From positions 32,001 to 96,000 of the IMG/VR virus record IMGVR_UViG_3300017754_002544: a DNA stretch of 64,000 bases. One strand, given 5' to 3'. Shown piece by piece: positions 32,746 to 40,873 of this stretch. The stretch's first letter is position 1. Each line of letters opens with the position of its first letter. The translations under genes were made by a program, and so were the position numbers. The DNA is from a virus. The notes beneath the pieces are model-generated. The model worked only from the letters and a program-made list of their open reading frames with translations, was not told the origin of the DNA and did not search any database.

Positions 32746-32926
32746 ACGTTATGTTATTTTTAGCTCTTATATCCTTGTGTGTAAACTGCCAAAACTCCCC
32801 TGTCTCATTTATGATTATGGTATAAATCGTATCGGTCTCATGACCAAACTCTGTTACTAACCATATAAATCCTGGACCTTTTGGAGTGACTACCTCTATT
32901 CTATTTTGTGGTTCAAATACTCTCAT
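32708..32926 (-). CDS. Hypothetical protein
   Basis: 72 aa ORF overlapping both neighbours in operon fashion. Confidence 0.55.
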   Translation of the reverse strand: MRVFEPQNRIEVVTPKGPGFIWLVTEFGHETDTIYTIIINETGEFWQFTHKDIRAKNNITYGRDTRKRKEGW

Positions 32927-33593
32927 TATTTACATCTATTATAATTTTTTCATCTCTAGTTACTAATTTTGTGTATAACTCTATATCTCTTGACCATTCT
33001 TGGCCGGTCCAAAATTCAAATCCATGATAATTAGATTTATACAAACAACATAGTTCATAACCACCTAATAGATACACATACTCACATCCTAACAATCTAG
33101 CTGTCTCACATTCATACATCTGTGCAACTGCACCTAATGATAACTTTGGATCAGCATAATCCCATATAAATTGATAAGCTACAAATTGATTACCGAATAC
33201 TTTATATAAACTTATACCAATTAAATCACCATCCCAATATTCAATAACACTACAATCCTTAAATGAGTCTATACTAATATTTCTTTTAAATCCATGATAC
33301 TGACAATACTTTTCATATAAATCAATATACTTTTCTCTCTCAGCAACTACATCACCTGATTGTACAATTACCTTTTTAGAAAGTCTTCTAACTGTCTTGG
33401 ATGGTTTATAGATACTTAAATCAATTCGAGTACTCCTTTCATTATACCATTTACCCTCCCATGGAATCCATCCTTGTTTAAGAGCATCATTACACGACTC
33501 TCCTTCCTCTAGGAGTCCATAAGCACAAGGTACAATGACTTCAATATCACTCACCTTTCCAAATCCTTTTACATGGTCAAATATAACTTTCAT
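32913..33593 (-). CDS. ATE1/Bpt-like aminoacyl-tRNA--protein transferase (GNAT fold)
   Basis: L.QGW, LYEKY...H, WDYADPKLSLG...E...AR.LG..YVYL.G.Y..C..YK..Y...E match the ATE C-terminal pattern. Confidence 0.7.
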   Translation of the reverse strand: MKVIFDHVKGFGKVSDIEVIVPCAYGLLEEGESCNDALKQGWIPWEGKWYNERSTRIDLSIYKPSKTVRRLSKKVIVQSGDVVAEREKYIDLYEKYCQYHGFKRNISIDSFKDCSVIEYWDGDLIGISLYKVFGNQFVAYQFIWDYADPKLSLGAVAQMYECETARLLGCEYVYLLGGYELCCLYKSNYHGFEFWTGQEWSRDIELYTKLVTRDEKIIIDVNNESI

Positions 33594-33608
33594 ATCTATA
33601 AATTAAAA

Positions 33609-33999
33609 AACCCTAGCAGTGTCTATTGATCAGGTAGTCTTACTAGGGGTTGTTACTAGTTATACAGCTCACCGCTTTCCTAGTAACGAAAAGACCAAGG
33701 CTGGTGCGCTGTGCTTACACTTGGGAAGCGTCCTTGGTACTTGACCTATAGAATAGAATCTATAGGGTTAATATCATGGCAACGGATCACCATGAGGTCC
33801 CAGTATTTGCATACTGGTGGGGTAAGTTAACGCTGATTACGGGTTCAGCGTTAGAAACCTTTGTAGGCTCCAGACCATAAGGTAAAGAACAAAAGTTATA
33901 AATAGATAAAGTGCCTGATCCATGTACCACCGTGGGCACTTTTAGTTTATTCGGTTTCCGTTTCATGGTCATCTACTTATAACTAGCAACTAGGGTAGA
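33609..33999 (-). ncRNA. Putative structured RNA: about 10 tandem hairpins
   Basis: GC-richer than flanks; back-to-back stems (e.g. gttactag/ctagtaac, accaagg/ccttggt, taacgctga/tcagcgtta, aaagtgcc/ggcacttt). Confidence 0.6.
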
Positions 34000-34413
34000 T
34001 TATTTATTTTTTAATCTTTCCCTATATCTTTTAGTCATCATATTATTAATTGCTTTGCATTCATCACATCTACACCCCCTATCATAAGCTCCTTTACTTG
34101 GATGTTTTTTTAGTTTTTCAAAATCTATTCCTTCTAAAAGTTTAATTCTACCTTTATCAATGCCATCTTGCCAATTTTCTTTTGGACTCCCTAGAAATAA
34201 ATGTTTCGGATTCACGCACATTCTATTATCACAAGTATGACATACATATAAACCTTCAGGAATTTCACCATGGTGTATCATATATGATACTCTGTGAGAA
34301 TCTATAACTTTACCATTAAGTTTAAATGCTCCATAACCAGTTTTACCTCTAGAACATGCTGTCCATAACCAACAAGTTTCAGTTTTATTTACTTTGTCAA
34401 AAAACCTTTTCAT
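34000..34413 (-). CDS. Free-standing HNH homing endonuclease
   Basis: CWLW...GYG...HRVSY...[20 protein letters not shown]; C-terminal GCRCDEC; own promoter-like TTG-19 nt-TATATTAG upstream. Confidence 0.88.
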   Translation of the reverse strand: MKRFFDKVNKTETCWLWTACSRGKTGYGAFKLNGKVIDSHRVSYMIHHGEIPEGLYVCHTCDNRMCVNPKHLFLGSPKENWQDGIDKGRIKLLEGIDFEKLKKHPSKGAYDRGCRCDECKAINNMMTKRYRERLKNK

Positions 34414-34503
34414 ATATTTATTTTTGTAGCAACTAATATACGAACTTTTATTTAGAAATCAAGAACAAAAGAGAGAGTATTTCATCTCTCTTAAGCTTTA
34501 CTC

Positions 34504-34587
34504 TAACCGAGGGCAGGACTCGAACCTACAACGTGCAACCATTCATCAGGGTAAGATACCGTTTCCTTATTACGCACTACCTAGTTA
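34504..34587 (-). ncRNA. tRNA-like RNA lacking D arm and normal anticodon arm
   Basis: Acceptor-like stem, U8A9, T arm GTAGG-TTCGAGT-CCTGC, single gtgc/gcac stem with a large loop. Confidence 0.55.
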
Positions 34588-34805
34588 AGTTTCCCACTCT
34601 GAGATTACAAGTGAGTAGTCATATCGGTTTGTTTCCTTTCAAACAACCTGCTGGGCATCCCCGTTAAAAAAAGTCAACACTACTGGGAGGAGGTGTGTCG
34701 TGCTCCTTTATTCCCATGAGACTGGCGTTTAAGGATGTCCAGTCTAATACCCTATCAAGTTTAAATGAGACATTGACAAGTCTGCTGAGTATCTCTTACT
34801 CATTG

Positions 34806-34921
34806 TTATGAGAATAGGACTCGAACCTACACCTCACGGCAGGATTTAATGTATATTCTTAGGACATGACCCCCTACCTTTTACCACCCACCATGTGCTC
34901 TACCAATTAAGCTACCTCATT
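34806..34921 (-). ncRNA. tRNA-like RNA with 51-nt insert replacing the anticodon loop
   Basis: Canonical D arm GCTT-AATTGGTA-GAGC and T arm GTAGG-TTCGAGT-CCTAT, 6-bp acceptor stem, stem CATGG/CCGTG closing 51 nt. Confidence 0.65.
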
Positions 34922-35088
34922 AAATTTGGTAGAGATTTGAACACCAACGCATGATCACCCATACGTCTCGTTTCTTTTGTTTTAGGCACTCTACCTTTGC
35001 AAGTTCGTCTTACCTTGCGCCACCATTCGTGGAATTGCCCGAAATCCCAATGGTTGTCGTTGTACTATCAGACATCAAACGACTGCTG

Positions 35089-35163
35089 TGAGCCTGGAGA
35101 GATTCGAACTCATCAATCTACATTTTAGAAGAATGTTGCATTATCCAGTTATGCTACAGGCTC
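35089..35163 (-). tRNA. tRNA-Arg(UCU)
   Basis: Full cloverleaf GAGCCTG...CAGGCTC; anticodon arm ACATT-CT TCT AA-AATGT; TTCGAAT loop; CCA not encoded. Confidence 0.92.
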
Positions 35164-35242
35164 GAAAAACTACCCCATCATTTTTAAAATACAAGCAAAA
35201 ATAAATGATAGGATAGTTTTATTTGTTGACCTTAAGTTAAAT

Positions 35243-35689
35243 TTATTTTAAACTAGCTGTCTTTATTCTAGTTTTTTTCTTAGGCTTATCTTCTACGATA
35301 ATCTCCTTGATATTTTCCTTAGCATCTTCTTCGTCCATTTCTTCAGTAGAAATAGTTAGACCTGAATCAACATTTTGCTTATGTTGTTCCATTAATCTAA
35401 TTGTCATATCAGATACATTAGATCCAAGACCTGTGACAGTTTGTTGAATCATATTCAATACGCCTTGAATTTGGTGTAAGTTTCTACCTTGAATGTGGCA
35501 AAAGTATATGAATGAATTAAATAAACCACCAGGTATTGTTACCATAGAATCTTTACTATAGGTTTGTTTAAAGTATCCACCTTTATCCAATTCTTCAAAA
35601 AGTTCATCATACTTCTTTTCCATTTCTTGATTCTCTTGTAGCATAGCTTCCTTAAGCTGCTCTTCTGTCATTTGTTCTTTGTTTTCCAT
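35243..35689 (-). CDS. Hypothetical protein
   Basis: 148 aa acidic, helical ORF. Confidence 0.6.
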   Translation of the reverse strand: MENKEQMTEEQLKEAMLQENQEMEKKYDELFEELDKGGYFKQTYSKDSMVTIPGGLFNSFIYFCHIQGRNLHQIQGVLNMIQQTVTGLGSNVSDMTIRLMEQHKQNVDSGLTISTEEMDEEDAKENIKEIIVEDKPKKKTRIKTASLK

Positions 35690-35722
35690 TTTTTAATTTT
35701 TACCAAATCTAATAATAATAAA

Positions 35723-36466
35723 TTAATTCTCAAAATATTTTTTGTAAAATTTGTAATACTCGTTTATTTCTGAAACAGTTTTATCGCATTTATCAAAAAA
35801 TTTGTTAGCCCTCTCAATTGAGTAAGGAGTTTCAATACTAACTATGTCACCTGTCAGTCTTAGTGGATGACTCTCTGATCCATTACCTTTCCTATCTAAC
35901 ATAACAACTCCGGACCAAACAACTTCATTGCCTTCTTCTATTAAGGAGTGAGAATACATAGTTGTTTGTTGGTAGTCTTCACTAGCATAGAAGTCTTTCT
36001 TGTTTTTTATATTGCCAGTTTTAAAATCTATAACTTCAACTTGACCCTTAGCTAATCCATCTAGTTCTGCATCATCGTTAACACCTATTCTAGTTCTATC
36101 TATGAATCCTTGAATGACATATCCTAATGGTCTATGAATAACTATCTCTCTTTCATACTCGCAATTTTCTGGTCTACCTACTTTCATAAGTGTTTCGATA
36201 TCAAAAGTAGATAGTTCACTATATTCATCAACACCTTTTTCAAACCACTCTCCCACTACTGAACCAAAGTGAGTGAAGATATTTCCTGGATCTTTTATGC
36301 CTAAGAAATAGTTCTCTATATAGTCTCCTTTATAGGTAGGGTTATTCCAACTTTCTATTTGACTATAGCTTATTTTAGGAAAGCCTTCAAACTTTTTGAA
36401 TTTATTTTCTCCACTAGGATTATCGTATACCCTAGGCAATTCTATTTTAGATTTTTTAGATGTCAT
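35723..36466 (-). CDS. PD-(D/E)XK (RecB-like) nuclease
   Basis: ISYSQ, E.EI, GFIDR, VIDFKTG, Q..MY. Confidence 0.8.
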   Translation of the reverse strand: MTSKKSKIELPRVYDNPSGENKFKKFEGFPKISYSQIESWNNPTYKGDYIENYFLGIKDPGNIFTHFGSVVGEWFEKGVDEYSELSTFDIETLMKVGRPENCEYEREIVIHRPLGYVIQGFIDRTRIGVNDDAELDGLAKGQVEVIDFKTGNIKNKKDFYASEDYQQTTMYSHSLIEEGNEVVWSGVVMLDRKGNGSESHPLRLTGDIVSIETPYSIERANKFFDKCDKTVSEINEYYKFYKKYFEN

Positions 36467-37455
36467 TTTTTAGATTTTAATTCTTTTATAAACTCTTCTA
36501 CCTCTTTCTTCTTGTGCTCAACAACTTCTTTCGTATCACTACTAAACATTTTATTGTTGATGTACAAACACTTCAAGACATCTTCTAGCATCTCCCAATC
36601 TTTCTTAGGAACTTTTTTACCTTTAAAAGCTTTTATTATACCCTCCTTAACTTCTTGATTTAACTCTTTTGTTATGGATAATTTATGTAAAACATTTCCG
36701 CTTGATACCTCTGAATCTAGATTTAATTTATCAAGATAAACAACATCCTCAAATTGGAAGATATCCTCATACTTGAATCTTCTTATAACATTAAATGTTG
36801 CTATAGCATCTTTATTGCAATAATCAGTAATACCCTGTATGTTACCATTAAAGTATTCTCTTCCCACTTCATCTCCAACCATATCAACTTTAGATATCGG
36901 GATGTTAAGACATACACATAAAGCTTGTAATGAAGAACCTGCACCTGTACCACCAAGTTTCCATAGTGTATTGGTACAAGTATTCAATGTCTCCCATGGC
37001 TTTTTATCGCTATCGTCAAGCAATCTTGGAATAGGAATCTGATTAATTAGATATCTTTTACCAAGGAAGGGATAATCAAAGAACTTTGATGCATGGCCTA
37101 CTAACCTATAGTGGGGGCTGCTACTTGATATTCTATCTAAGAACTCAGATAATTCAGTTAGGATTTTAGCTTCGTCTTCCCCCGAAAAACTTTTGCACAT
37201 TAGATTCTTACCAGCTTTATCTAAGAAAGCAAGACTTACTACACAAACTTTAGAGAATTCAGCATACAATGAAGATGTTTTACTCCATAGTTCTGATAAC
37301 TCTTCAATTGATGGTATCTCACCATCTTGCTTATGCTTGTACTCCCAAGCTTCTTGATACAATTCGGACAAGTCGCTGAAGTTCTCAGCAATTCTAACTG
37401 TCTCGATATCGATAGCTACAAAATGTTGGCTATCTACTCTACTTAACACTTTCAT
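36463..37455 (-). CDS. DEDDy 3'-5' exonuclease (PolB-exo-like)
   Basis: DIETV, GH...FD.PF, YCNKD. Confidence 0.82.
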   Translation of the reverse strand: MKVLSRVDSQHFVAIDIETVRIAENFSDLSELYQEAWEYKHKQDGEIPSIEELSELWSKTSSLYAEFSKVCVVSLAFLDKAGKNLMCKSFSGEDEAKILTELSEFLDRISSSSPHYRLVGHASKFFDYPFLGKRYLINQIPIPRLLDDSDKKPWETLNTCTNTLWKLGGTGAGSSLQALCVCLNIPISKVDMVGDEVGREYFNGNIQGITDYCNKDAIATFNVIRRFKYEDIFQFEDVVYLDKLNLDSEVSSGNVLHKLSITKELNQEVKEGIIKAFKGKKVPKKDWEMLEDVLKCLYINNKMFSSDTKEVVEHKKKEVEEFIKELKSKK

Positions 37456-37474
37456 ATTGTTGGTTTATTATATA

Positions 37475-38053
37475 CTATTTAACGTCCTTTAAATCATGGT
37501 ATTGGACTTCTCTACATTCACTAGCTAAGGCATCACTAAACATCTTAATTGAATCTCCAACTTTGTGGAATTCCTGGTAAAGGCCATAAGAAACTGATGC
37601 TAATGAAATGTATTCTTGATATACTCCTGAAGCTCCAACTAACTCTCTTAAGGCTGAAGCAGAAGATGCTTTCATTTTAGATTGAAAGTCTTTATTATCC
37701 GCTAACTCTAACATACCTGTAGCTCTAGCTTCAGTCTTCCTTTCTTCATGGAATATTTTTGATTTGTTAACCTCGAATGCAAGATCGTCTGAGAAGTCTC
37801 TAGATAAGAAGCTTAACTCCATTCTAAGTTCATGTAAGGAATTGTAAGGTCTAGGTAGAGGTATTTGTCTATATCTATCAGTAATAGATTTAAACTTACT
37901 TTTATACTCTTCTAACCTATCTTTTAATTCAACTAGATGAAAATAGTTTTGAGATAGATGTAATGTTTCTACAACCTCAACTAAAGCTTCAATAGCTTTC
38001 TCTTGAGTGTTAGCTTGTAGAATAATTGGTATTAGTTTTTCTGATTTATTCAT
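37475..38053 (-). CDS. Hypothetical helical protein
   Basis: 192 aa ORF; TATATTTG at 38065-38058. Confidence 0.6.
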   Translation of the reverse strand: MNKSEKLIPIILQANTQEKAIEALVEVVETLHLSQNYFHLVELKDRLEEYKSKFKSITDRYRQIPLPRPYNSLHELRMELSFLSRDFSDDLAFEVNKSKIFHEERKTEARATGMLELADNKDFQSKMKASSASALRELVGASGVYQEYISLASVSYGLYQEFHKVGDSIKMFSDALASECREVQYHDLKDVK

Positions 38054-38071
38054 ACTACAAATATAATAAAA

Positions 38072-38407
38072 TTATAGATTCTTTATGTTATTTTTTGTAT
38101 TATTTTCATCATCTTTTCTTCTTTTGTAACTTTTCCCTCTTAGATGTGGATTATCTTCTTGTATCTTTTGCCTAACTCTTCTTATACTTTCTGAGTGTGT
38201 CAACTTTCCGGTGGCAAACATCTCTAAAAAATCTAATGCAGACATAGTGTTTATATCGTCATGTCCGACTTCATAAAAATAGTAGTTAGCTATAAGCTTA
38301 AAATCATTATCTCTTAAATGTGGATATGTGTCTAATAAGAATTTAACTTTGTCCTTTATGGACTTCATTTGATTAATCAGCATGACCTTTTGATTTTCTA
38401 TATTCAA
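38072..38407 (-). CDS. Hypothetical phage protein
   Basis: RDND..L...ESIRR.RQKIQ motif. Confidence 0.6.
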   Translation of the reverse strand: MNIENQKVMLINQMKSIKDKVKFLLDTYPHLRDNDFKLIANYYFYEVGHDDINTMSALDFLEMFATGKLTHSESIRRVRQKIQEDNPHLRGKSYKRRKDDENNTKNNIKNL

Positions 38408-38762
38408 TTTCTTTTTTGATCAAAGCTATATGCCAATCAGGTCCACCATAATCAAGCACAGCTTCAAGGTAATCATCGTCCATATCGCATATCGCAATCC
38501 ACGATAATGGTTGTCTACCATCCTTACCTCTACCACCTCTTGTTGCATATTTTCTAACTATTTCAAAAGGTTCGTCATCATATACTGCAAATCCTTTGAT
38601 TTTACTTAAGTCCTTTGCTCCATATCTTAAGTACGCTGTGCCACCATCTACCATTGCCTCATTTGGGCAGGAACAAGTCTTATAATCATGTCTATGATAA
38701 CTAACTATTGTTTCATTACATTCTAAACACGTAACTGAATTGTATACTAATTGCCTATCCAT
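38373..38762 (-). CDS. Cys/His metal-binding phage protein
   Basis: CLEC...S.HRHDY..CSC....VDGG..Y.R. Confidence 0.6.
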   Translation of the reverse strand: MDRQLVYNSVTCLECNETIVSYHRHDYKTCSCPNEAMVDGGTAYLRYGAKDLSKIKGFAVYDDEPFEIVRKYATRGGRGKDGRQPLSWIAICDMDDDYLEAVLDYGGPDWHIALIKKEIEYRKSKGHAD

Positions 38763-39859
38763 ATTAATTTATTTTTGATACATAAAGTATTTCTTTATCC
38801 GGAAACCTTTTCTCAAATTCTTTTATAGCTTGAGAGTATCCATCAGCATTAATATTAATTCCCGTACACAACTCTTTACCAATTATGTAGCATACATGAT
38901 AATTATTTTTCATCTTCTGTAAATTTTAATAATTAATAACTATTATTTATTCTTAAGTCTAATTCTCTTTCATAAAAATAAGGACAACACCATTTTCTTT
39001 CATCGCAGTCAAGCTTAACCATTGTTCCATTATAGCAACCCACTTGAATCACAGTCGCCCATCCACTAAGATTAGTCTTAACCCTATCTCCTACTTTTAA
39101 TTCATCAAATGATTTCATATTTAAAATCATTAGTTTGTCCTATAGTATCACCTACATCATTACTATGAAGAACTATTAATATATTTTCTTTGTCGTTTAA
39201 TAATGATTTAAACCATTCAAGTTCTTCTTCATCAGCATGACTATACCATAAGTCATCTTCAACTTCTATTGTTGCTTCAATTTTTATTTTCATTACTCTG
39301 ATTTATAAGTTATTATTTTTAATATTTAAATTAACTATTTAACACCAATCCCTTCTCCATCAATGTATAATAACTTTACTATTTCACCATTACCTATAAT
39401 CGTTAAAGTGGGGTATTCATCATTTGGAATAGGATGAGTTGGCTTTATTTCATAATTATATTCATAGCAAATTTTATCAACTTTATCAATAAATTCTTTC
39501 ATTTTATTTGTCATTCTATTCTGATTTAAAAGTTTTACACATTGATTCAAAACTGTTGTTGTATACAAATCTTCTCATCTTTGGATTCATTGACATAAAT
39601 GTTGCCCAACATCTTTTTCTTAACCAATCAGGTAGTTGTTTACTGTACTTCATTCTATTCTGATTTAAAGGTTTTTTCTTCACAACAAATATTAGGCATA
39701 ATACCAAATACTTCCTCAATAGTTGCTTCATCATATCCATCAAGTTTTAATGCTAATTCAATAGCATTTCTTATCGCATAAGCATAAGTACAAGTGTGTG
39801 TATCAATAGTCACTAATGGTCTTTGAGTGCTATCAAAATCTCTATTGTCAATAATTATT

Positions 39860-39961
39860 CTCATTCTATTCTGATTTAAAGGTTTATAAATTCTATAACT
39901 ACCAATGGTTGTTCTTCATTCTCTGATTTTAGTCTCATATTTATTCTGATTTAAAGGTTTC
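39860..39961. repeat. 102-bp exact direct repeat, copy 1
   Basis: Identical to 51237-51338 by base-by-base reading. Confidence 0.9.
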
Positions 39962-40138
39962 TTGGTAGTATTCTTCTGCATAAAATCTTGCTGATTCACA
40001 AGTAGGATAACAATGGTCTGATGCAGCATCAATTATTTGTTGTTTTTCCATTTCTTTGGATTGTTTAAATGCTTCTTTTATAGGCATTGTTCCTTCACTT
40101 AATTGATATTCCAACCACTCTACTGCTGTCTGTTTCAT
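39941..40138 (-). CDS. AVEWL...FKSE mini-protein paralog
   Basis: MKQTAVEWL...KEMEKQQIIDA...YYQETFKSE. Confidence 0.75.
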   Translation of the reverse strand: MKQTAVEWLEYQLSEGTMPIKEAFKQSKEMEKQQIIDAASDHCYPTCESARFYAEEYYQETFKSE

Positions 40139-40156
40139 CTTATTCTGATTTAAAGG

Positions 40157-40342
40157 TTATCCCCAAATATTATATATTATTATAACACAAGTTGCAAATC
40201 CACCAATTATTGAAATAGCATAAAAAACAATAGGCATTATACCTGTTTGTTGCTCATACCATTGTCCAAAAATTGGTATTAATAGTGATGTGATTGAAAC
40301 ACAAAATATTACTAAAATTGTTTTTAAAATTCTTTTATCCAT
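40157..40342 (-). CDS. Small two-TM membrane protein
   Basis: Two hydrophobic segments; flanked on both sides by the junction repeat. Confidence 0.6.
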   Translation of the reverse strand: MDKRILKTILVIFCVSITSLLIPIFGQWYEQQTGIMPIVFYAISIIGGFATCVIIIYNIWG

Positions 40343-40346
40343 CTTA

Positions 40347-40571
40347 TTATAATTTAAAAGTTTTATTGTAATAATGATTAAAACCAAGACCATCTTCCCC
40401 TGAGTCTAAAATTCCAAAGCAATAGGAATCTTCCATCTGCTCCTTCTCCATTGCTTTGGCTTGTTCAAATCTTTTAATCCAATGTGTATCAAGACCTCCC
40501 CATTCTTTAAAGATTTCTTGAAATTCATTTTCTAACCATTCTACTGCTGTTTGTTTTTCCATTCTTTCCAT
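40347..40571 (-). CDS. AVEWL mini-protein paralog
   Basis: KQTAVEWL...QAKAMEKEQM...YYNKTFKL. Confidence 0.75.
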   Translation of the reverse strand: MERMEKQTAVEWLENEFQEIFKEWGGLDTHWIKRFEQAKAMEKEQMEDSYCFGILDSGEDGLGFNHYYNKTFKL

Positions 40572-40696
40572 GTGTCAAAGTCTTTTAGTTTTTCCATTTG
40601 TTCCTGCATCCATTTAGCACCTGCTATCCAGTTATCTGTTTTACATAAATTAGGATCAGCTAAGTTAGCTGCAGCTTCTTCTATTTCTTTATCCAT
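40541..40696 (-). CDS. MDKE...AGAKW mini-protein paralog (51 aa)
   Basis: Read manually: MDKEIEEAAAN...WIAGAKWMQEQM; paralog of 52709-52936. Confidence 0.65.
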   Translation of the reverse strand: MDKEIEEAAANLADPNLCKTDNWIAGAKWMQEQMEKLKDFDTWKEWKNKQQ

Positions 40697-40873
40697 ATCA
40701 AATCTTTTTAAGTATTAACAAATTTCAAAGAAAATATACCTAATGTAGCAATAGATGCTACACCTAATATAAATACAGCAACTTCTAAACCATGTATTTT
40801 CCATACATAAGACACTGCTAACACAAGTATTAAAAATTGAATAATTATAAAAAATATTATCAGTGCTACCATA

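Larger units (their letters stand above)
34471..35085 (-). ncRNA. Second hairpin array containing two tRNA-like elements
   Basis: No ORF; consecutive stems (gagag/ctctc, tggga/tccca, agactgg/ccagtct, ggtagag/ctctacc, gcaag/cttgc, accatt/aatggt, gtcgtt/aacgac). Confidence 0.55.
39295..40358 (-). repeat. Junction repeat cluster 1 (TTTAAATCAGAATAGAATG on minus strand)
   Basis: Plus-strand core attctgatttaaa at 39518, 39657, 39868, 39943, 40142; variants at 39295, ~39920, 40346. Confidence 0.85.

Noticed and set aside
33787-33972. 61-aa ORF inside the hairpin array
   Set aside because: Atypical composition and fully covered by stems; more likely incidental.
33609-34470. Group I intron or HEARO/IscB system around the HNH gene
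   Set aside because: No recognisable P7 core or interrupted gene; the protein lacks RuvC and PLMP features. An Infernal search is needed to exclude this fully.
34806-34921. Intron-containing functional tRNA or tmRNA
   Set aside because: No U33 plus anticodon can be rebuilt; it has a full D stem and no tag ORF, unlike tmRNA.
35723-36466. Cas4 / CRISPR link for the PD-(D/E)XK nuclease
   Set aside because: Lacks the four-Cys Fe-S motif; best read as a phage recombination nuclease.
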